Assembly: GCA_002794465.1 (NCBI GenBank)
Contig: MTSL01000198.1
Span: 26,730 to 52,498, forward strand
DNA: 25,769 nucleotides
Source: Paramicrosporidium saccamoebae KSL3
Taxonomy: Eukaryota; Fungi; Cryptomycota
Reading direction: 5' to 3'
Positions 9,074 to 16,544 of the stretch are shown here, piece by piece. The notes beneath the pieces were generated by a model that had not been told where the DNA came from, ran no database searches, and saw only the letters and a list, made by a program, of their open reading frames with translations. A program made the position numbers and the translations under genes. Position 1 is the first letter of the stretch, and each line of letters begins with the position of its first letter.

Positions 9074-10900
9074 ATGGCCAAACTTGCTCTCTTGAATTTG
9101 TTATTCATATCATCTGCCGTAGTCAGTTGCTCTAAAATCTCTGCCAAGAAGAGTTTGACTTTTGGCAACCGTGAATATCCTCCGAGCAATTTCCCAGTAA
9201 GATCCAGGTCTCACACCCTAGGCACCCATAACGACAAGGCTCGAGTCGAAAATAAGGTACCCATTCAACTTGATGAAATACGGGTCACGCGCAGTTCGGC
9301 TCGTGGCAATACTAGATATCCTCCAACGAGACCACTAGCGAAATTGGATCTCGATACCCTAAGCACCAGTAACGGCAAGACTCAAGTCGAAAAAAAGTTA
9401 TTCACTCAACCTACTGAAAAACGAGTCACACGCAGTTCGACTCGGGGCGATACTAGATATTCTCCAAAGGATCCACCAGCAAAATCCAATCTTAATACCT
9501 CAGGCCCCCGTGCTAGCAAGCCCCACAACGAAGGCGAATCCAAGAAAGTCAAGAGAGGCAGAAATGGCTTCTCTACAAGGAGGTATCCAAGAAAACCCTT
9601 GAGGCGTTCTAATACACTGATTGAACAACCCATCCCCGCAACAGTCATCCAAGAAATGCACGGATCAGGTGCTTCCATCAGCAGCCCTTTATCTACTGTC
9701 CTTGGTACGTTGCTAGACGCTCCCGTAGTGACTGCTACAGTCGTTGATCCACTAGTGATGCATAGGTTCAATTATGCCACCATTTCCATTTTGGAAGACA
9801 ATTCTGTGTCAACCCTCCCACATCCCCTCTATAAATTCAAGGGATCTACAAGATTGATTGTCAAAGACATTCACAACGGAAAAATAATCTTTGCTGACAA
9901 TTATATGACCGTGCTTTACTTATCCGAGAGCCAGATTGTCATCCTGGTCATCCCTGATACGCATGTAGAGGTAAGAGAGATTGTCAATCAGGTTTACCAG
10001 AATGGTCTGATCATGGTAAACGACATGTTCCCACAACTTGGTCTGTCGGGAATGGTTATCAAAGTTGGCGCTATCACCTGTGCACAGCACGTGAAGGGGC
10101 CTTTGTCATTCTTTGTAAACCAGAATGAGCTTACCTCTGACTTTAATTGGACTGTTCTCAATCCCGAGCAAGTATGGGCACATGACGATGCTGACAAAAT
10201 CCATATAAATGTCCAGAGGGAACATCCGCCTTCCCCCCAGACCCAATCTGTTGGACAGCAGAACAACGAAGAGCCGATTCCAAGTCTACCGAGACAAATG
10301 GTAGAGCCAGACCAAAGCTTAAAACTGCTTGAGCAGCGAATTGCCCGGATTATTGAAAAGTTCAAGGAGCAGCCCAGTCCATTTTCGGAGGAGCCTGTGC
10401 CAATCTTGGAGGAGCCTAGTCCGCTCTTGAAACAGTCTGCCCCGTGCTTGGCCGGTAACTTCCAGAGCGCGTTCCACTCTTACAAGGTCGAAACTCAATT
10501 CAAAGTCTCTGAGCATCCTTATGGAACACTTTTTTCTGGAGAAGAATACCGAGTCCTGTTGGCCTCTGTCGGGCGCGATATTGCTGTTCTCGTCATGGAA
10601 GAGGAGAGCATAGATGCGGAAACTACCTTGGAGAGAGTTTTCAAGGACGGGCTACTTGCAGTCAACGGTGATGTTGCAGGTCTTTCTGGAATCCTCATCA
10701 GAGAGCAATCGCCAAAAGGGGTAGAATTTGTAAAAGGACCACTCTCTGTAAGAGTCGGTGGTAAGAATTTGACAAATGTCACCCTACCCGAGTTTCAGAG
10801 TTTTCTGGTGCGCCGTGTTAGTGATTCAAAAGGCAAATTCAGCTTGGTACTTAGAAGATCGTATCGCTACTTCCAAGGTCCGCATGCTACGGTAGTTTAA
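9074..10900 (+). CDS. Array gene D: putative secreted protein with basic N-terminal region and two copies of the family domain (608 aa)
   Basis: ORF-track start 9044 is GTG; ATG at 9074 gives signal peptide MAKLALLNLLFISSAVVSCS. Domain copies YKFKG..IHNG..VKGPL and SYKV..SGEEYRVLLASVG..VKGPL. Confidence 0.88.
   Translation: MAKLALLNLLFISSAVVSCSKISAKKSLTFGNREYPPSNFPVRSRSHTLGTHNDKARVENKVPIQLDEIRVTRSSARGNTRYPPTRPLAKLDLDTLSTSNGKTQVEKKLFTQPTEKRVTRSSTRGDTRYSPKDPPAKSNLNTSGPRASKPHNEGESKKVKRGRNGFSTRRYPRKPLRRSNTLIEQPIPATVIQEMHGSGASISSPLSTVLGTLLDAPVVTATVVDPLVMHRFNYATISILEDNSVSTLPHPLYKFKGSTRLIVKDIHNGKIIFADNYMTVLYLSESQIVILVIPDTHVEVREIVNQVYQNGLIMVNDMFPQLGLSGMVIKVGAITCAQHVKGPLSFFVNQNELTSDFNWTVLNPEQVWAHDDADKIHINVQREHPPSPQTQSVGQQNNEEPIPSLPRQMVEPDQSLKLLEQRIARIIEKFKEQPSPFSEEPVPILEEPSPLLKQSAPCLAGNFQSAFHSYKVETQFKVSEHPYGTLFSGEEYRVLLASVGRDIAVLVMEEESIDAETTLERVFKDGLLAVNGDVAGLSGILIREQSPKGVEFVKGPLSVRVGGKNLTNVTLPEFQSFLVRRVSDSKGKFSLVLRRSYRYFQGPHATVV
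9281..9465 (+). repeat. Internal duplication, 141-nt (47-aa) period: RVTRSSARGNTRYPP / RVTRSSTRGDTRYSP
   Basis: cgggtcacgcgcagttcggctcgtggcaatactagatatcctcc at 9281 and cgagtcacacgcagttcgactcggggcgatactagatattctcc at 9422. Confidence 0.85.
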
Positions 10901-11198
10901 AAATAGAAGTAGACATAGAGCCTCTTATAGTTTCCACTCATATAGAATATAAAAGACACTGGTGACAGTAACAATTGCACACTTCTGCTTGGAAATTAGG
11001 ATCACTTTTGTGGCATAAGGGCTCTCCCACCTACGTAAATAAACTTTTATTGCACATGCCTAACGAGAGAGCTGATGAGGGTACTCTTTACTTTGATCAT
11101 ACTGCAATTAGATATTGTCACTCCTTAAATTCGAATCAGTCCACCATGTATCACGGTATTGCCAGGGCAGGAGTTTTGCAACTAGCGCTGGCCACGAA

Positions 11199-11870
11199 AT
11201 GCTGAAACAAACTCTGCTATGCTTGCTTCCCCTTTCTTTTATTAGCATTCATTGCGCCAAGTCTGGCATTGCAAATAGCTCTAGCTGGCCAATTCAATCT
11301 CATTCCATACAAAAGACAGGGTCGCCACAATTTGACTTTTCAGGAAGCTTTGACGAGGCAGATTATTCTTTCAAAGGTTCCACGCTTCTTCTTCCCGTCG
11401 ATATTCCTAACGGATTGACATTTTTGGCTGAAAAACAATGGATCGTTTTCCATTCCCATAGAAACCAAATGGCCATCGTGGTCATTTCAAGATATCTCAA
11501 TCGGACTGAAATTTTGAACAGTATCAACATTCACGGCCTGAATGGGCTATGCCGCCTGCGCCCTGAATACAATTTATCAGGATTGGTTATCAGAAATTAT
11601 TTGGGCAGTCAACTGCAATACGTGCCTGGACCTCTAACTTTTTCTATAGACGGAGAGAAACTCACAGACGGATTTGATTGGAATTTTCTCAACTTTGAGC
11701 TGCTGCGCGTCTATCATTTGGAGAAATCTCTGCAAGTCACGGTTTGGAATAGATGGCAGCGATTTTCTCCGATTCAGCTGATCCCAGTAATGACTCCCGA
11801 ATCGATCCAAGAGCCAATCCAAGAGTTAGTCCGAGATCTGTCTGAAGAATCCCGGGTGTTTAGAACGTAG
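11199..11870 (+). CDS. Array gene E: putative secreted single-domain member (223 aa)
   Basis: ATG 11199, signal peptide MLKQTLLCLLPLSFISIHCA resembling gene B. One domain YSFKGSTL..IPNG..LSGLVIRNY..VPGPL..FDWNFLNF, closest to the second domain of B. Confidence 0.85.
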   Translation: MLKQTLLCLLPLSFISIHCAKSGIANSSSWPIQSHSIQKTGSPQFDFSGSFDEADYSFKGSTLLLPVDIPNGLTFLAEKQWIVFHSHRNQMAIVVISRYLNRTEILNSINIHGLNGLCRLRPEYNLSGLVIRNYLGSQLQYVPGPLTFSIDGEKLTDGFDWNFLNFELLRVYHLEKSLQVTVWNRWQRFSPIQLIPVMTPESIQEPIQELVRDLSEESRVFRT

Positions 11871-12280
11871 AGGATCGCTTACCTGGGTATAAGCATGTGT
11901 TCCGAATGGGCACTTGGGTGGCTGACGAGGTTGCGTCACTGCGCACGGCCCTGGTCATGTAAAGTAACCTTTTACGCCTATCCTCGCCAACACCTTGGCA
12001 TTATATCTAACTACAAGTCTATTTGCGAGATGGCTCTACTAAAAGATGCAAAATAATGAGTTGATCATTGCAAGGTCTATTGATAATAATAGATTACTTG
12101 CATCGATGATAATCAGACGGAGTCATCTTAGTATGGCCACATATTGGCAAGTCTATACAATAGCTTGTTCGTTATAATCTCCAACACGAGACATGTGCGT
12201 GATCATCTTTCCACTACGCGACGCGGATATGCATGCTTTGTATACCCCAAAGTTACATGTCTCTACTTTATTCTGCAATT

Positions 12281-12309
12281 TCAGCTCAGCTCAGCCCAGC
12301 TCGGCTCGG
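12281..12309. repeat. Pentamer microsatellite (TCAGC)3 CCAGC TCGGC TCGG
   Basis: Read directly; lies immediately upstream of TATAAAAG. Confidence 0.85.
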
Positions 12310-12310
12310 A

Positions 12311-12328
12311 TATAAAAGGGCACCGGGG
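12311..12328 (+). promoter_or_regulatory. Putative core promoter of the snoRNA (TATAAAAG plus ACCGGGG)
   Basis: Consensus TATA box about 30 nt upstream of the first snoRNA stem, followed by the RCCRGGG motif also seen upstream of most secreted genes. Confidence 0.55.
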
Positions 12329-12339
12329 TCGTTGGGGTG

Positions 12340-12475
12340 GATATGCGTTCTCACTTTAGCCTGTTCCCGTTGCAGTGGGAACGGGGCCATTCAGGACGCA
12401 TAGAACAATATCCCGTTGATTCGCTAACACTACGAACCAACATGAGTAGAGTTTGATAGTAACCTCGGGACAGAC
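12340..12475 (+). ncRNA. Box H/ACA snoRNA with two LSU rRNA pseudouridylation guide pockets
   Basis: Hairpin 1: ATGCGTTCT (12343-51) pairs AGGACGCAT (12393-401), upper stem CCTGTTCCC/GGGAACGGG. H box AGAACA at 12402-07. Hairpin 2: CCCG/CGGG lower stem, AACACTAC/GTAGAGTT upper stem. ACA at 12470-72. Pocket 1 (CACTTT + CATTCAG) is complementary to conserved LSU rRNA CUGAAUG-UC-AAAGUG, with the pocket top 14 nt from the H box. Pocket 2 (TTCGCT + GATAGTA) is complementary to LSU UACUAUC-U-AGCGAA. rRNA sequences are recalled, not looked up; the 5' end is approximate. Confidence 0.85.
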
Positions 12476-12634
12476 AAGTAGTAAAATCATACATTCTATT
12501 GGTCACGAGACTGTCCTGTTATATAAATTTGGAAATGGCAATGAGGGGGCCTCGGAGTTGTTGGCAAAGTAGAGTTGTTGACAGGACGGGTGTAGTTTGC
12601 AATCACAATTTGCACTTGTAGTCTAGACTGAATC

Positions 12635-15105
12635 ATGCTCGTTATTCGCCGGATTAACCAGTGGACAGTTACCCGTTATCGCACTCTCCATTGTCGCGTT
12701 TCTCTCGGTAGCCCTTCTCCATGCCGCATTTCCCTCCTCCGGCGGCTGTCCACTTCGCTTCCACCACCACAGCAACGTCGTCGTCGAGAGGAGGTCAGCA
12801 CCACACAGCCCAATCCGCTACATCGACTGAGACTGCGGACGGTGCGGGCGACGGAGAATAAGGTTGACTTTGGGGATGTACGCAGTTTCCCGTACGGAAT
12901 GGATGCGACAGTGTGGAGTGAATGGGTGGATGTGGCCCGCGGTACGATGACGCAGGATGGACGACCGTTCCGCTTATCAAAGGACCTGCGGGGTCGACCG
13001 CCAATTACGCCGGCACTACTACTGGCCTACACAGGAACACACGGGGAAGTGTTGCTAAAGACAGTGGCTATGGGTCTGGCCAAAGCTCTGGCAGCCGATT
13101 TCCTGGCCATCAATGCAGTAGAATTTGCGGCCATCATTGCCGCATTGAATACTGAAAGTCGGACGATGCGTGGAATGCCCCCCAAAACCGATTCGACAGA
13201 CGAATCACTTGTAGAATTTGTTGGAAACGAAACACTGTTCAGCGGCAGTCCAATGCGGACAGCCTTTTTCAATCGTCCCACCTCTATGGCACTTCGCTAT
13301 GCAGAACACTTTATGACGGGACTGGACGGCGCCGCCTCCCGACGAGTGATTTACGTGCAAACTCCACTGGGACTCTTCCAACACGGACCGATATTGGCAG
13401 AGGTGGCTGAAATGCTGACCGCTCGACGAAACAAAGAGACGGGAACGCTCTTTATCTTTTCAGAGGGCGACCAATACGATCCCGTCAGTCCCAAAGGACT
13501 CTTTGACCTTTCCATGACGATGGACCCCAAAGCGCCGCTGGGCGAGCCGCTTAAGGCGTTGATCGATCCCTCCGCCATGGGCTCTACCGACATGACTGAG
13601 AGCGACGGTATCTTTTCGTGGATGATTGACAGTCGTTTGCGGGCGCCGCGGATTGTTGTCTCGCCGCCAGAGGATGCACAGGCCTTAAGACAGCATCAGA
13701 GTCAAATCAACAAGGATCAGTCCCTCTCCATCTTTATTGATAATTATTCAGGCATCCTCTCCCGACTTCAGGAGCTTTCGGCAGTCGGAAATTTGTATGG
13801 CGAATTATTGTTGTCATTGCCGACGGCAAATCGGACAGAGGAAATCCGGTCCTTATTGCCATCGTTGAATCGACGAAGAATGTCAACCCAGGAAATGACG
13901 GCTTTCTGTTTGTCAGTGCCATTGCACTCGTCGCAACTTCGAGATGATCCAGTGGGTCTGTTTGCCCAATCAGTGGACCGATTTATACGTCTGCGAGAGA
14001 CTCAACAGCGCACAGTGTCCTTTCTAAAGACTAAAACGGATCCCAAGTTGGAGACGCTGACTAAGCATGAAAAACGTCTAGTTTCCTGCGTTGTCACGCC
14101 AGCCATGGTGGGCACTTCCTTTGCCGACATTGGCGCTTTGGACAGTGCCAAACGCACGCTGCATGAGCTAATCTCTCTCCGCATTCAACGTCCCGATTAT
14201 TTCTCCAAGGGTATTTTGCGGGACTGCGTTTCTGGCATTCTGCTCTTTGGTCCACCTGGCACGGGAAAGACCATGTTGGCTCGAGCTGTGGCTGCTCAAA
14301 GCGGAGCCAGTTTTATTGCCGTCAACAGCTCCTCCATATTTGACATGTACGTGGGGGAGGGTGAGAAGAATGTCAAGGTACCTGAGGGGGCATGATTAAT
14401 GCATAGGCATTGTTCACATTGGCTCGCAGATTGGCGCCATGCATTATTTTTGTTGACGAGGTTGATGCGCTCTTAGACTCGCGCGCTAATTCAGTGGGAC
14501 GGGCCAGTCGGGTGGAAATTATCAACGAATTCATGGCCGAGTGGGACGGTCTGCTCTCTCAAAATCATGGCATCACTGTCATGGCCGCTACTAACCGTCC
14601 CTATGCCCTCGATGATGCTGTTCTCCGTCGTCTCCCCCGCCGTATCCTCATTGACCTTCCCGACGCTGCTGCCCGCATGCAAATCCTTGCCCTATTGCTC
14701 AAGGACGATTTCCTTGCCGCCTCCGTTTCCCTCATGGACATTGCTCTTCGTTGCGAAAACTATTCTGGGAGCGATTTAAAGAATATGTGCATGGCTGCCG
14801 CTATGCGATCTCTCCGACGTGTTCGCGCTGTAGACACTGTTGGCGTTTCCGTGGGAATCGCTGCTAACATGTCTGCGGGGCCCACTTCTGAAAGATCCAT
14901 GAAATCTGCTGAGATGACCACAGGCTACCCCGCTGAAGTAGTCATGGAAATTACCAACGCCGACTTTGAAGGCGCCATGGCCGATGTGCCCGCCAGCATC
15001 TCTGACCGTATGGTCACTGTGCACGAGTTGCGGCATTGGGACACAATGTATGGTGAAGGACGTGTAAATAAGTCTACGGTTCAATTTGGTTTCTCTTGTC
15101 AATAG
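12635..15105 (+). CDS. MSP1/ATAD1-related AAA+ ATPase, probably mitochondrial; join(12635..14377,14407..15105), 813 aa
   Basis: Walker A GPPGTGKT, Walker B IIFVDEVD, second region of homology TNRPYALDDAVLRRLPRR. Splicing restores EGEKNVK|ALFTLARRLAPCIIF. Arg-rich, acid-free N-terminus resembles a mitochondrial presequence. Confidence 0.9.
14378..14406 (+). other. Spliceosomal intron, 29 nt (AAA ATPase)
   Basis: gtacctgagggggcatgattaatgcatag; removal joins the two halves of the AAA motif in frame. Confidence 0.92.
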
Positions 15106-15154
15106 TACCGCAGCCGAGCTGTTTCGATCATAGGTCCATTTTCCCTTTGGCCTT

Positions 15155-15256
15155 TTGTAAATAAACCCACTCATTTCTCTCTGATTCTTCTGCAAACCCG
15201 CCCATTTCTCTCTGATTCTTGTAAATAAACCCACTCATTTCTGATTCTTGTGAATA
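15155..15256. repeat. Imperfect minisatellite, 3 units of 33/31/29 nt plus a partial unit, between convergent genes
   Basis: ttgtaaataaacccactcatttctctctgattc / ttctgcaaacccgcccatttctctctgattc / ttgtaaataaacccactcatttctgattc / ttgtgaata. Confidence 0.85.
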
Positions 15257-15377
15257 GGCCTATTATTAAACTCCTGACCTAACCTAGCCCACAAAAACTA
15301 TCATGTAACTATAAAGTCTTTATTCGGATTCAGATTTAGTTTCAAAGGCGGATTCGCATTCATGGACCCAGCGCTGT

Positions 15378-15930
15378 TTAGGCAACAAGGGCCGAGGCAG
15401 AGGACGCCTCGCTACAAAAGTTAGTCATGTCCTTCGTCACTCCTTACTATTTCCAGACAGCGGGCAACATGCTAGTGCGCTTGTAGTAGCGCGCCAGACG
15501 GTGGATGCGCGATTCAATCAGAATCAGACGGTACTTACTGTCCTTGTCCTTGCGGTTGCGCTCCATGTGCTTGCGCACGGCCACAGCCTTCTTAATAAGA
15601 CAATACAAGTCTTCGGGGATTTGGGGAGCCAATCCTAACGCATTAGGGACCCGAACCAACCCTACCATGAGCGCGCAGCAGACGCACAATCTTTCCTCCA
15701 GTCAAGCACTTAAGCTGACCGATTCCGTGCGAGTCACGCAGCACTGAACCAATCTGCGATGGGGTCAGACCCTTCTTCGCCAGCTTGCAGATGAGCTCGG
15801 TAGCCTCGTCCGTGCTAGTCTTGAGCCAGGTTGGCGCGCGACGCGAGTACGGGATCGAAGAACCCGAGATACCCTTACTACACCATTAGTCGGGATGGAT
15901 GTCGTACCCAGAAGTGTGCATACGACCCAT
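15378..15930 (-). CDS. RPS13: 40S ribosomal protein S13 (uS15); exons 15908-15930, 15666-15877, 15448-15634, 15378-15411; 151 aa
   Basis: Spliced protein [27 protein letters not shown]...[10 protein letters not shown]...[52 protein letters not shown]...[13 protein letters not shown]. Exon sum 456 nt = 151 aa + stop. Confidence 0.98.
15412..15447 (-). other. Spliceosomal intron 3 of RPS13, 36 nt
   Basis: gtaaggagtgacgaaggacatgactaacttttgtag; branch CTAAC; restores WK-Y-EASS. Confidence 0.93.
15635..15665 (-). other. Spliceosomal intron 2 of RPS13, 31 nt
   Basis: gtagggttggttcgggtccctaatgcgttag; restores AH-G-LAPQIP. Confidence 0.93.
15878..15907 (-). other. Spliceosomal intron 1 of RPS13, 30 nt
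   Basis: gtacgacatccatcccgactaatggtgtag; restores TS-G-KGIS. Confidence 0.93.
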
Positions 15931-16544
15931 CTTGGATTAGCAAAAAATTAGAGGTCTTGACCAGGGTTGGACCTCAGGATAAAGAACAATAAAGAAATTA
16001 ATTTAGTATTGTAATGTCGCGTAATGGGAAAGATGCCATGGGCAAATTCACCGACACGTGGTGGGCGAACTCGCATTTAAGGGGTGGCAATATCTACTTG
16101 TAGCACGATCGGATAAAATAATTCGCTCTACTCACGACGTTCTACCCAACAAGAACAACTCTCGCTTAAAGTGCCACAATAGTGAGTCCCTGCATGTAGG
16201 CTACTGTATTGCCACATGGCAGTCACTACCACATCACACACAGAACTTTTTGTTCATTGCTGATCCAACAGTACATTTCTAGTCTCGAAAAAACGTATGA
16301 ATTCTAAAATAACATTGAAATCAATCGTCCCATTTCTCGCCTCTGGCTCTTCTTTCCGTGTTTAGACAAATACCCAGCTAAACATCCCACTAATTTACAC
16401 AATAGCCGGCCATCCTGCTTAGAGCAAATCCTACTTGGACCCTTACTTTACTGCAAGGCGAATACTCCAGCCCATACGGTCTTCGGTAAATTAAAGCCGT
16501 GGATGTAGAGACCAGTGCCAGGGATCAGTAGCGCTAAATTAAAC

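Noticed and set aside
4243-10782. Four similar 87-aa antisense ORFs (4243-4506, 6441-6704, 8532-8795, 10519-10782)
   Set aside because: Each lies opposite the conserved subtype II domain, so similarity follows from the sense gene; there is no independent coding evidence.
11968-11975. U5 loop 1-like CCTTTTAC
   Set aside because: The first invariant G is missing, the flanks form no closing stem, and there is no Sm site.
11878-12000. U1 snRNA-like CTTACCTGG followed by small hairpins
   Set aside because: No U1-70K loop, AUUGCAC loop or Sm site; it starts 8 nt after the gene E stop; a 9-mer is expected by chance about 0.2 times in this window.
12343-12456. 37-aa ORF (MRSHFSLFPLQW...) downstream of the TATA box
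   Set aside because: The same bases are better explained by the H/ACA snoRNA structure and rRNA complementarity.
15155-15256. CRISPR-like ~30-nt repeats
   Set aside because: Units are adjacent without unique spacers, there are no cas genes, and the context is eukaryotic.
2990-16544. ORF-track starts at GTG/TTG (2990, 6955, 7771, 9044, 11115, 14410, 16515)
   Set aside because: In this eukaryotic context the downstream ATGs directly open signal peptides, or the segment is an internal exon or post-stop frame.
15931-16544. Possible ncRNA or small gene between RPS13 and HECT paralog 1 (incl. ORF 16058-16282)
   Set aside because: No tRNA, snRNA or snoRNA boxes could be placed; the ORF lacks an ATG start and any recognisable motif.
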